From the NCBI GenBank assembly GCA_050486505.1, contig JBJHDK010000008.1, forward strand, positions 1 through 58,734: a stretch of DNA of 58,734 bases, given 5' to 3'. The notes beneath the pieces were generated by a model that saw only the letters and a list, made by a program, of their open reading frames with translations, was not told the origin of the DNA and did no database searches. Shown in pieces: positions 17,543 to 26,990 of this stretch (the first letter of the stretch is position 1; every line of letters starts with the position of its first letter). The position numbers and the translations under genes are program-made. This DNA comes from Fibrobacteria bacterium (GTDB lineage: Bacteria; Fibrobacterota; Fibrobacteria; UBA11236).

Positions 17543-18610
17543 ATGTCTGCAACCCGCTTGAAGCTTCCCGTCGATCTGTCTCCCGATGCAGTGGAGGCGC
17601 TCTCCACAGAAGCCGCGCAAATGTTGCGCCGGGGTGAAGACGTGCACGTCGACTGCGGCGAGGTGAAACGGCTGGATTCGCTGGGCCTCGCCTTGTTCGC
17701 CTCCCTGCGCACGGAGGCCGAGGCCGCGGGCCGTGAACTCGTGTTGCACGCCGTGCCCGCATCCCTCACCGAAGAGCTCGGCAAGGTTCCGCCCCCTTCC
17801 ACGCAAGTGTCGGCAGGGGATGCCCCCGGCCTTTTCGAACGGATCGGCGACGGGGCGATCGCCCTGGGACGCGAATGGAAACACATCGCGTTGCTGCTTT
17901 CCGAATCCCTGTATTACTCGACGTTCGGGTGGCGCAAGCCCAAGACCTTGTTGCGGGGCGACACGATCAAGCACATGATCCGCCTGGGCAGCACGGCCCT
18001 GCCCATCGTTTTGTTGTTGTCCGCGCTGATCGGGTTCACGCTGGCGCTGCAGTCGGGCCTGCAACTGGTCAAGTACGGCGCGGCGATTTTCCTTGCCGAC
18101 GGCATCGGCATCAGCATGGTCACCGAGATCGGTCCGCTCATCACCGCCATCATCCTTGCGGGGCGCTCCGGAAGCGCGATCACCGCGGAGCTGGCCACCA
18201 TGACGGTGCAGGAGGAGGTGTCCGCCCTGCGTTCGATGGCGGTGAATCCGCTGCAGTTCCTCGTGCTGCCGCGCTTCTGGGCCCTGAGCGCGGTGCAACC
18301 GCTGCTGACCATCGTCTCGGCGATGGCGGGAATCTTCAGCGGCCTGATCGTGGCCATCCTGTTCTTCGACATCGCTCCCCAGGCATTCCTGCACCAGCTG
18401 CGCGACGCGGTCGAGATGAAATACGTGGGCCAGATGCTGGTCAAGTCGGTGACCTTCGCCTGGCTGATCGTGCTCATCGCGGTCGTGAAAGGTTTGGCCG
18501 TGCGCGGCGGCGCCGATGCCGTCGGCCGTGCAACCACGGCCTGCGTGGTGACCTGCATTTTCGCGATCGTCCTCGCCGATGCCCTCTTCTCCTTCGTCTT
18601 TTACCTGTGA
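17543..18610 (+). CDS. MlaE-family ABC permease with N-terminal STAS domain
   Basis: STAS DCGEVKRLDSLG; EIGPLITAIILAGRSGSAITAELATM; GGADAVGRATT. Confidence 0.92.
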   Translation: MSATRLKLPVDLSPDAVEALSTEAAQMLRRGEDVHVDCGEVKRLDSLGLALFASLRTEAEAAGRELVLHAVPASLTEELGKVPPPSTQVSAGDAPGLFERIGDGAIALGREWKHIALLLSESLYYSTFGWRKPKTLLRGDTIKHMIRLGSTALPIVLLLSALIGFTLALQSGLQLVKYGAAIFLADGIGISMVTEIGPLITAIILAGRSGSAITAELATMTVQEEVSALRSMAVNPLQFLVLPRFWALSAVQPLLTIVSAMAGIFSGLIVAILFFDIAPQAFLHQLRDAVEMKYVGQMLVKSVTFAWLIVLIAVVKGLAVRGGADAVGRATTACVVTCIFAIVLADALFSFVFYL

Positions 18611-19434
18611 TGGCCGGCAATACATTTGAAGGCGGGCGCGTGCCCGGAAAGAGTCCCGCCTTGCGCGTCGCGGGATTGCGCACGGGTTACGGGAAAAAGA
18701 CGATTCTCGACGGAATCGACATGGAGGTCGCCACGGGCGAGATCCGCATCGTGCTCGGGGGGTCCGGGTGCGGCAAGTCGACGCTGCTGCGGGCCGTGAC
18801 CGGGCTCGAGCGGCCGTGGGAAGGGACGATCGAGCTGTTGGGAAAGCCGCTCGACTGGTCCGAGGGGCAGCCCTCCGGGGAGACCTACGAGAACATGGGG
18901 GTGCTGTTCCAGGGCGGGGCGATGATTTCGTCGCTGACAGTCGAGGAGAACGTGGCCCTGCCTTTGCGTGTCAGGCATCCGGGATTGCCTGGCTCCGTGT
19001 TGCGGGAACTCGCGAACGTCAAGCTGCGCCAGGTTCGGCTCGACGGGGCGGGCGAAAAACTTCCAGGCGAATTGTCGGGCGGCATGCGCAAGCGGGCGGG
19101 CCTGGCCCGGGCCCTTGCGACCGATCCTGCGTTGTTGTTCTGCGACGAGCCTTCGGCGGGGCTCGACCCCGTGACGTCGCGCGGGCTTGACGATCTTTTG
19201 CTCGAGTTGCGCGAAACGCTGGGGATCACCATGGTCGTGGTCACGCACGAGCTCGATTCGATCCGGGCGATCGCGGATCGCATTACGTTTCTTTCCTCGG
19301 GGAAGGTTATTTTCGAGGGGACGCTGGACGAGGCCGCCGAGGGCCCGGACGAGGTACGCGACTTTCTGGAGCGCCGCCTCCCCGAAGCAGCCGAAAAAGG
19401 CGAGGCCTCGGCGCCGTTTCGAATGGAGCCCTGA
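18610..19434 (+). CDS. MlaF-family ABC ATPase
   Basis: GGSGCGKST, LSGGMRKRAGLARA, DEPSAGLDP; ATG overlaps the mlaE stop. Confidence 0.92.
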   Translation: MAGNTFEGGRVPGKSPALRVAGLRTGYGKKTILDGIDMEVATGEIRIVLGGSGCGKSTLLRAVTGLERPWEGTIELLGKPLDWSEGQPSGETYENMGVLFQGGAMISSLTVEENVALPLRVRHPGLPGSVLRELANVKLRQVRLDGAGEKLPGELSGGMRKRAGLARALATDPALLFCDEPSAGLDPVTSRGLDDLLLELRETLGITMVVVTHELDSIRAIADRITFLSSGKVIFEGTLDEAAEGPDEVRDFLERRLPEAAEKGEASAPFRMEP

Positions 19435-20318
19435 TGGAAGCCACGCGCGCCGAAAAGACCCGGTTGGGCATCTTCTTCGTCACGATCATCGCCTTGTTCG
19501 TGGTTTCTGTGTTGTACTTGCTCGGTGGGAAGCTTTTCGTGCGGACCGATGCATACTTCACCCGCATGGAGGAGTCCGTGACGGGATTGCGCCCGGGCTC
19601 GGCGGTGAAGCAAAACGGCCTCGATGTCGGCAAGGTCCTTTCCATCAGCTCCGACACGGGCGACGTGCGCATGACCGTGGTGCACTTCGGGGTGGCGCGG
19701 GGCACCCCGATGAAGGAGGACATGTCCGCCTCGCTCGGAAGCTATGGCATCACGGGACTCAAGTACCTGGAAATCTCCGGGGGAAGCTATGCCGCGCACG
19801 ACATCGCCCCCGGGGGCGAGGTGCCCTCGAGCCTTTCCATGGTCGGGCGCCTGGCCTTGCGCGCGGATTCGATCGCCTACAAGGTCGATCGCCTGCTCGG
19901 CAACGTCATTGCCATCACCGATCTCGACAACCGGGACAACCTCAATCGCATGATGGCCGCTTCCGCGGGCCTTGCCGAGACGCTCGACGACATGCTTCGC
20001 GACCTGCAGGGCCTGCAGCCCGGTCGCCGGCTCGCGGGCCTGCTCGACGACGGCGAGGCGACGCTCGCCGCTTTGCGCATGCGGATCGAGAACGCGGAGA
20101 TCGACGGGCTCGTCAACGACTACCGTCTTGTGGCTCAGGATGTGCGCCAGGTGGCCACCAACCTCGATATTACCGTGCGCCGCACGCAGGAGGATCTGAT
20201 CGTCTCGATGTCGGATCTTCGCGAAACGCTGCGCAACATGAGTTCCTTCAGCCGCCAGATCCGCGAGTCGCCGTCGATCCTGCTGCGGCGCGAGGAGAGG
20301 CAGGAGCGTCGCAGATGA
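19434..20318 (+). CDS. MlaD/MCE-domain protein
   Basis: TM anchor, SVTGLRPGSAVKQNGLDVGKV, GITGLKYLEI, coiled-coil tail. Confidence 0.9.
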   Translation: MEATRAEKTRLGIFFVTIIALFVVSVLYLLGGKLFVRTDAYFTRMEESVTGLRPGSAVKQNGLDVGKVLSISSDTGDVRMTVVHFGVARGTPMKEDMSASLGSYGITGLKYLEISGGSYAAHDIAPGGEVPSSLSMVGRLALRADSIAYKVDRLLGNVIAITDLDNRDNLNRMMAASAGLAETLDDMLRDLQGLQPGRRLAGLLDDGEATLAALRMRIENAEIDGLVNDYRLVAQDVRQVATNLDITVRRTQEDLIVSMSDLRETLRNMSSFSRQIRESPSILLRREERQERRR

Positions 20319-20986
20319 TCGTTGTCCGGATCGTTTCCGTATTCATGGCGACCTTGATCGTCGCCGGCTGCTTTTTCGGAAGCCGCACGCCGGAAACCAA
20401 ATACTATACGCTGGGGTACACCCCCTCCGTGGATCCCGCCCGCCTGGAGCGCGGACCTTATCCGTTCACGTTGCGCCTGCGCGAACCCACGATCGCGGAA
20501 GCTTACCGCCGCAGCCAGATCGTGTACCGCCAGAGCGCCTTCCAGATGCAGTTCTACAACTTCCATTTATGGGCCGTCGATCCGGAACGCATGATCGGGG
20601 ACCTGCTCCTCAAGCACCTGAATGCGGTCCGCCTCTTCGAGCACGTCTCGCGCTCCATTGAGGCTTACACCCCGGATTTTCAGCTGACGACCGACATCCG
20701 CGCCATTGAGGAATACGACAGCCCCGACCGCTGGTACGCGCACCTTGCCATCGAGTACCAGTTGATCGACGAGCGGAACGGCCAGGTCCTGTGGAAGGAG
20801 GTTTACGATTTACGCAAGGCCGTGCCCCAGCAGGAGCCGGTGTTCGTCGTGCGCGAGTTGTCGGCGCTGCTCGAACACATGCATGACCGCCTGACGCGCG
20901 ACCTGGAGCCGGTGCTCGAGAACCTGGCGCAGCGTCGCGAGCAGCGATCGCCCTCCAATCTCATGCCACCCTCCAGAACCCGATGA
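20315..20986 (+). CDS. PqiC-like ABC auxiliary lipoprotein
   Basis: Lipobox IVAGC; YYTL, IVYR, WAVDP; follows the MCE gene. Confidence 0.82.
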   Translation: MIVVRIVSVFMATLIVAGCFFGSRTPETKYYTLGYTPSVDPARLERGPYPFTLRLREPTIAEAYRRSQIVYRQSAFQMQFYNFHLWAVDPERMIGDLLLKHLNAVRLFEHVSRSIEAYTPDFQLTTDIRAIEEYDSPDRWYAHLAIEYQLIDERNGQVLWKEVYDLRKAVPQQEPVFVVRELSALLEHMHDRLTRDLEPVLENLAQRREQRSPSNLMPPSRTR

Positions 20987-22587
20987 AGCCGTTCCTCGCC
21001 GCCCTCTGCCTATTGCTTCCCGCGGCCGCCGCGGCCTTCGACGGCCTGCCCGGGATCGAGGTCGTTCTCGATCCCGACGTGACGCCGCCGTTGCGGCCAC
21101 AGCATGTTCAGCAGGCGCCGGATTCCGTTTCGGGGGCGAACTGGCTCGCTCCCTCCGTGCCGGAGCAGCTTTCGCGCGACCAGGCGCTCATCGCCCTGGG
21201 CAAGGGCGCACTCTTCCTGCCCACCTACAGCGAAGCGCGACGCGAGCCCGACATCGCGATCTTCGATGCCGAGGGAGATCTCGTGACGACGGGGCAACCG
21301 GGCCATCGCGTTCTTCTCGATGCCGGTGAGTACGAGATCCGTTTCGGATCGGGTGTCAGCGGACAGCGCCTCACGCGGGTCGGGGTGGTCGTCGAGGAAG
21401 GACGCACGACGACGGTCTTTCCCGACTGGTCGGGGCTGCTGGTTGAGACCCTGAACGAAACCGGGGAATACATCGACGGGCAGTACGACCTCATCCGCAT
21501 GGATGAATGGATCAATTACGGCCGCGGACAAGGATACCGGGAAGAGCGCCTGCAGGACATCGACATCTGGATCCTGCCGCCGGGCCTCTACCGCATTTCA
21601 CGCGTCGGCGAGTCCTACACCTCCCTGGTGAACTACATCACCGTGCAGTTGAACCCCGGCGAACTGCATACGGTCGAAATCGTCTTCAACTCCGAAGGAT
21701 CCCTGATCGCGGGGGGAACCAAAACCCTGACGACACGGGCCCGCGCGGGGCGCTACTGGACCTACGGCCTGCGCGCCGGAGGCAATCTTGCCTTCACCCG
21801 CGACGTGGACGAGGGCGATCTGACGCGACAGAACATCCTCGTCTCGACCGACGTCCGCATGCGGGCGCGCTATGACAAGGCATCCTACTTCGGCATCAGC
21901 GAGATCTTCCTGCAGAACAGCTTCGTCAAGGAAGACGACGAGGCGTTGCGTCCCACGCGTGACTTCCTGCAGGCGCGCAGCACCTGGGTGCGCAGGCTCA
22001 ACAACTACGTCGGCCCCTACGTGCGTGGACAGATGGCCACGCACCTCTTTCCCTCCGACGTCAACCTCGACACCGTGTACGTCATCAGCGCGGCCGGAGA
22101 CACCGTCCCGCGCGCCACCGGCGGGACCTTCCGCAGGCAGCCGTCGCTGTTCCCCGTTTCATTCGCGCAGGGCGCTGGCGTCAACGTCGACTGGTTGTCG
22201 CGCTACTATGCCGAGATCTCGACGCAAACGGGAATCGCCGCGCGGCAGGATCTTTCCAGGGGCGATTACATCGCCCGGCCGTCGAATGAATATCCGAACC
22301 TGTACGAGCGGGCGGAGTCCGCCTACAACGTGGGCGCCGAAGGCGTGCTCAACAGTCGCCTGCGCCTCTCCGCCTTGCTGACGGTCGATTTGCGCGCCGA
22401 GGTCTTCGCCGAGAATGCCAACCTCGGCAAGGTGACGCTCGAAAACTTCGAGGCGGATTTCCGCTACTTCCTCACGCGCAATATCGAGATCGGCTATCTC
22501 TTCCAGGTGCGCGAGTTTTCCGAGAACGTCGAAAACCGCTTCCCGCGCACCCATAATCTCTCGCTGCGCCTCAGCTTCAATTACTGA
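20983..22587 (+). CDS. Hypothetical secreted/outer-membrane beta-barrel protein
   Basis: Signal peptide, beta-rich C-terminal half ending LSLRLSFNY; coupled to the MCE operon. Confidence 0.65.
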   Translation: MKPFLAALCLLLPAAAAAFDGLPGIEVVLDPDVTPPLRPQHVQQAPDSVSGANWLAPSVPEQLSRDQALIALGKGALFLPTYSEARREPDIAIFDAEGDLVTTGQPGHRVLLDAGEYEIRFGSGVSGQRLTRVGVVVEEGRTTTVFPDWSGLLVETLNETGEYIDGQYDLIRMDEWINYGRGQGYREERLQDIDIWILPPGLYRISRVGESYTSLVNYITVQLNPGELHTVEIVFNSEGSLIAGGTKTLTTRARAGRYWTYGLRAGGNLAFTRDVDEGDLTRQNILVSTDVRMRARYDKASYFGISEIFLQNSFVKEDDEALRPTRDFLQARSTWVRRLNNYVGPYVRGQMATHLFPSDVNLDTVYVISAAGDTVPRATGGTFRRQPSLFPVSFAQGAGVNVDWLSRYYAEISTQTGIAARQDLSRGDYIARPSNEYPNLYERAESAYNVGAEGVLNSRLRLSALLTVDLRAEVFAENANLGKVTLENFEADFRYFLTRNIEIGYLFQVREFSENVENRFPRTHNLSLRLSFNY

Positions 22588-22741
22588 TTCCGCCCGGGTG
22601 ATAGCTTCCGGGAAACTTTTCCGGACGTTGTCCAGCAAGTGTGACGCGATTACTTCCAGCGACTCTCCGGTGTTGGCGGTATATTCCATGAATGTTTTTT
22701 CAGCGCGTCCCCTGCCGGGGATTGCCGATCCAGGGGAGACC

Positions 22742-24667
22742 ATGAAGACACACAAGACGCACGGGGGGATCCCCCGCAATCATTCGATGTTCGGGGCCGC
22801 GCTGCTTGCATGCGCAGGGATCTTCGCCGGCGCCCAACCTGCGCAGGCGGCGACGCCTCTCAACTCGGTGCATCCCGCCTTCACGTTGCACAACCTCAGG
22901 CCCACCGCAGGGTTTCAGCCCATGGTGGGCGGCATGGCGTTTCTTTCGGACGGGCGCCTCGTCGTGGGCGACTGGAACGGAACCCGCAACGCCTGCTGCC
23001 CCGCGGGAAACTTCGGCGGCCGGCAAATGACCGGGCGCGTGTACATCCTCAGCGGCGTCACCGGGAGCAACCCCAACGTGACCGTGCAGCTTTTCGCAAC
23101 GGGCCTCGAGGACATCATGGGCCTCACCGTGGTTCGTGACACCATTTACGTTTCGGGCGGCAACAACATCGTCCGCCTCGTCGATACCAACGGCGACGGT
23201 ACCGCGAACCGGATCGATACCATGTTCACGTTGCCGGGAACCCCGCAGAACTCGGGCCCGAATGCCGGTGATTCGTTGCATCCGGTGAAGGGGCGCAGTG
23301 AGTGGATGTACGGAATGGTCGCACGCAACGACACGTTCTACGTCAACCCTTCCTCGATGTACCAGGGAAGCCTGGCGGGCGGCACGGGCCAGGTCAACCC
23401 CCATCGTGGCCGCCACATCGCCGTCACGCTGGGAAACGGCACCACCGACAAGCGGGGAAGTTTCCGGGTACGCAGCACCGGATTCCGCCACCACACGGGC
23501 CTGACCTTCGGCCCCGGAGGATCGCTGTGGACCAATGAGACCCAGGGGCACTGGGTTCCCACGAACAAGCTTGTTCATTTAAAGGAAGGCGCCCACTACG
23601 GTTACCGTCACAACGCCGGGGGCGTCGCCATTTCGGACGACATCGGCTGGGCCGATCTCCCCGAAACTCCCGCCGCGGTCTTTCTGCCCCAGGAAGGCGG
23701 TGGCGGCAACGGCAACATGAACGCCGCGGGCGTTTTCTCCAATTCACCCGGACAGCCGCTTTACCTGACCAGCGGCCCATATGCCGGCCAGTTCATCATG
23801 GGAGACGTCAGCTGGGGCGGCGTGCAACGCTTCTTCGTGGAGCAGGTCAACGGCGAATACCAAGGGGCCGGCTTCGTCTGGATGGGAGGCCTGGAGGCGG
23901 GCGTGTATCGCATCGCGCAGGGCCCCGACGGTCACATCTATTTCGGCATGCTGGGCACGACCGGTGACTGGAGTTGGAACGGGCAGTTCCATGGATTGCA
24001 GAAAGTGAGTTACAACGGATCTCCGGCCTTCGAAATGCTGGCGGTGCGTTCCCGCGCCCAAGGCATGGAAATCGAGTTCACGTTGCCCGTGGACACGGTC
24101 GCTGCGAAGAACCCGGCGAACTACCAGGTGACCACCTACTACTATCAGCCGACGCAGACGTACGGCGGAAACAAGGTGGGGGGCACGACTCCGTTGTCGA
24201 TCGGCGCGATCCAGGTCTCGGAAGACCGGCGCAGCGTGTACCTCCCCCTGACCGGCCTGCAGGCGCGTACGGGGAACCAGCATCGCATCGTGGAAATCGC
24301 CTTGACGTCCGCGCTGACTTCCGCGACGGGTTCGCCATCCTGGAACCGGAACGCCTACTACACCCTGAACGCGATCTCTCCCAGCGAACCGTTCTCCACC
24401 GTGTCCATCGACCGGAGCGTGGCTCGCACCCGCCTCGACGAGGGCCTTTCCTGGGCGTTGCAGGGCAGCAGCCTGCAGGTGCAGGTCCCCTTCAACGGCG
24501 CCTACACCCTTCGCATGACCGACGTGCGCGGCGCCGTGTTGGCCACGGCCTCGGGTCGCGGCGCGGGTGAGCGGACTCTCGACGTGGGCACCGGAGGCGC
24601 GCGGGTGGCATTCCTGGAGGCCCGCGGCGACGGTGTGACTCTGCGCCGTACCGTGCTGCTGCGTTGA
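22742..24667 (+). CDS. Secreted beta-propeller protein (sugar dehydrogenase-like repeats) with T9SS-like C-terminal tail
   Basis: RBS GGGGAG; signal peptide; GMAFLSDGRL, DTNGDG, GFRHHTGLTFGPGG, RIAQGPDG blades; tail YTLRMTDVRGAVL...RTVLLR. Confidence 0.65.
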   Translation: MKTHKTHGGIPRNHSMFGAALLACAGIFAGAQPAQAATPLNSVHPAFTLHNLRPTAGFQPMVGGMAFLSDGRLVVGDWNGTRNACCPAGNFGGRQMTGRVYILSGVTGSNPNVTVQLFATGLEDIMGLTVVRDTIYVSGGNNIVRLVDTNGDGTANRIDTMFTLPGTPQNSGPNAGDSLHPVKGRSEWMYGMVARNDTFYVNPSSMYQGSLAGGTGQVNPHRGRHIAVTLGNGTTDKRGSFRVRSTGFRHHTGLTFGPGGSLWTNETQGHWVPTNKLVHLKEGAHYGYRHNAGGVAISDDIGWADLPETPAAVFLPQEGGGGNGNMNAAGVFSNSPGQPLYLTSGPYAGQFIMGDVSWGGVQRFFVEQVNGEYQGAGFVWMGGLEAGVYRIAQGPDGHIYFGMLGTTGDWSWNGQFHGLQKVSYNGSPAFEMLAVRSRAQGMEIEFTLPVDTVAAKNPANYQVTTYYYQPTQTYGGNKVGGTTPLSIGAIQVSEDRRSVYLPLTGLQARTGNQHRIVEIALTSALTSATGSPSWNRNAYYTLNAISPSEPFSTVSIDRSVARTRLDEGLSWALQGSSLQVQVPFNGAYTLRMTDVRGAVLATASGRGAGERTLDVGTGGARVAFLEARGDGVTLRRTVLLR

Positions 24668-24690
24668 TCGTCGGGCAACCCCGTGCCATG

Positions 24691-24720
24691 AAAAAAGGCT
24701 TCCCGACGGGAAGCCTTTTT
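24691..24720. terminator. Bidirectional intrinsic terminator
   Basis: AAAAAAGGCTTCCC-GAC-GGGAAGCCTTTTT between convergent genes. Confidence 0.9.
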
Positions 24721-24742
24721 CGTGCGAGACATCCCGGGGACC

Positions 24743-26212
24743 TCAGGCCAGTGCCTCCTTGGCCGCCGCGCGTTCCGCCTTCTTGATTTCCTTGAGCTGC
24801 CCGAACTCCGGCATCGACTTGTAATACTCGTCGAGCGGGTAGCAGCCCGACTTGAGCCCGTTGCGGGGAGCCGTAGTGCAATCGGAGAACGTGCGGCAGA
24901 TTTTCCTTGTTTCGATCGCGCCATTCTTCAGCGAGTCCGCGACGATGCCGGGGTATGACAGCATCATGCGCCCGATGCCGAGAACGTCGGTCCACCCTTC
25001 GCGCACGAGCGCCTGTCCGACCTGAGGGAGCCATTCCTGCAGGTAGGTCAGTCCCGAGCTGACGAGCGGCATGCCGGGCACGGCGCGCTTGAGTTCGCGC
25101 ACGACGGCGGCCTGGCGTGCCACGCCGACGACCGGATCCTCGGGAGGCTGGTAGCCGTCGGAGGGCGGGTACAGGGCGGGTCGCTGGATGTGAGGGTTGT
25201 AGTACGGGGAGCCGCAAGAGACGTTGACTGTCGCGACACCCCAATCCTTCATCATCCGGAGGTAGCGAACGGGTTCGGAGATGTCCATCTCGACAGGGTT
25301 TTCGGGGTTGATGCCGAATCCATAGCGGTACGGAAGCAGGGAGCCGAAGTCTTCGGGAACGCCACGCCCGCCTTCGGGGCCCTTGCGGAACGGAACAAAG
25401 TCGAATGCCGAGAGGCGTACCCCGATGACGAGGCGCGGCGCGGCCTGGCGGATGCCCTCGATGATTTCCCGGGCGAAGCGGCTGCGTTCCTCCAGCGAGT
25501 CCCCCCCGTACCGCCCTTCGCGCGTGAAGGCGGAAAGGAACTCGTGGCCGAGGTAGCCGTGGCATTGTTTCACGTCCACGAACGGGACGCCCGACTTTTC
25601 CGCAAGCACTGCCGCGGCGACATAGTCGTCAACGAGCCGGCGCACATCGTCGTCGCTCATCACGGAACAGGCGGCGGAAACGTTGTACTTGCGGTCGATG
25701 ATCGGGTGCCGGTAGGCGAGGGACGGCTCGAAGCGGGTTTTCTCGTTGGGGCGCGAGAAGCGCCCCGAGTGCGTCAGTTGGTAACCCCACAGCACATCGT
25801 CGGTGGTTCCGAAGATGCGAGCATGGGTTTCGAGGGTGCGCTCCGCCGCCTCGCGGATGAGCGGGGCGTTCTCCGCATTCAGCACCAGCTGGTTGGGGTT
25901 CGCGCGTCCGTCGTGGCGCACGGCCATGGCTTCGAATCCCCAGATGAGTTTGGCGCCAGACTCCCCGAAGCGCTCCCAGCGCCTGATCAGGTCGGGAGTC
26001 GGTTTACCGTCGTGCGTAGCATCCCAGCCTTCCATCGGATGAACGGCATAGCGGTTTCCCACCCTGAAGCCGCCGATTTCGAGAGGCGAGGCCAAGGGTG
26101 ATTCCGGTGCTTTTTGCACGGAGTCGTCGATCGGAAGGTCGATGCCAAGCTCGGCCATGCGGGAGCGAAAAGCGGCGGGTGTTTTGAGCAGCGGGATTTT
26201 TCGGATTTCCAT
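24743..26212 (-). CDS. NADH:flavin oxidoreductase (Old Yellow Enzyme family)
   Basis: HPMEGWD, QLTHSGRFS, DVKQCHGYLGHEFLSA, GRMMLSYP, CRTFSDC. Confidence 0.9.
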   Translation of the reverse strand: MEIRKIPLLKTPAAFRSRMAELGIDLPIDDSVQKAPESPLASPLEIGGFRVGNRYAVHPMEGWDATHDGKPTPDLIRRWERFGESGAKLIWGFEAMAVRHDGRANPNQLVLNAENAPLIREAAERTLETHARIFGTTDDVLWGYQLTHSGRFSRPNEKTRFEPSLAYRHPIIDRKYNVSAACSVMSDDDVRRLVDDYVAAAVLAEKSGVPFVDVKQCHGYLGHEFLSAFTREGRYGGDSLEERSRFAREIIEGIRQAAPRLVIGVRLSAFDFVPFRKGPEGGRGVPEDFGSLLPYRYGFGINPENPVEMDISEPVRYLRMMKDWGVATVNVSCGSPYYNPHIQRPALYPPSDGYQPPEDPVVGVARQAAVVRELKRAVPGMPLVSSGLTYLQEWLPQVGQALVREGWTDVLGIGRMMLSYPGIVADSLKNGAIETRKICRTFSDCTTAPRNGLKSGCYPLDEYYKSMPEFGQLKEIKKAERAAAKEALA

Positions 26213-26453
26213 GCGATTCCTGTTGCGTGAGTACGATTTCCGCATATATTATATCGCGAACGCAGGATTTTCGCTTATGATTTTTCTAATAAAACATGTT
26301 TTGATTCCACAATTTTTTGTGGCGTCACGGAAACAAGAAGGGATGGAAGTGCGGTTTTTCGGTAAAAATCGCATTGTGTCGGAACACTGACTTTTTTGAT
26401 CCCCGCCGTGCGCCTTCCGGGCGCGATCCACGGGGCAACACGGGAGGAAGGCA

Positions 26454-26984
26454 ATGGCATCAGGACACTACAATTTCACGATCCTTCGCAGTTTGCGAAA
26501 ATCGCAGGGGTACACGATCGCCGACGTGGCGGAAATTTCCGGGATCTCGACGGCGGTGATTTCACGCATCGAGCGCAACCAGGCCATGCCGGAGCTGGAA
26601 ACCCTGGCAAGGTTATCCAAGGTGTTCGGCATCTCCGCCACGGATCTCCTCGGTCTGGCGGAGAACCGCACGGCCCGCGTCGTGAGCGCGCAGCATTACA
26701 ACTCGGGCGGATTCCAATTCCAGAACGTGCACTTCCTTGATCTTCAGGTCTTCATCGGAACGGCCATGGCCGGTTCGACGGTGAACCGTCCCGAGGTCCA
26801 CCATAACGACACCGAAACTTGCTGGGTGCTCTCCGGAAGCATCGAACTGACCGTGGGGACGGACAAGTACACCCTGAAGGAGGGGGAGGCCATCCAGTTC
26901 GACGCGATGCTCGAGCATGCCTACCGTGCCCTGCAGGATTGCAAGATCATGCTGCTGCACCTGCACAAGGGAAAGAGGAACTAG
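26454..26984 (+). CDS. XRE-family HTH regulator with C-terminal cupin domain
   Basis: LRKSQGYTIADVA...ISRIERNQAMP; cupin EVHHNDTE...GEAIQFDAMLEHAY; RBS GGAGG. Confidence 0.9.
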   Translation: MASGHYNFTILRSLRKSQGYTIADVAEISGISTAVISRIERNQAMPELETLARLSKVFGISATDLLGLAENRTARVVSAQHYNSGGFQFQNVHFLDLQVFIGTAMAGSTVNRPEVHHNDTETCWVLSGSIELTVGTDKYTLKEGEAIQFDAMLEHAYRALQDCKIMLLHLHKGKRN

Positions 26985-26990
26985 ACGAAG

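Noticed and set aside
24675..24688. Sigma-54-like TGGCACGGGGTTGC on the minus strand
   Set aside because: GG-N9-GC spacing and located between convergent gene ends.
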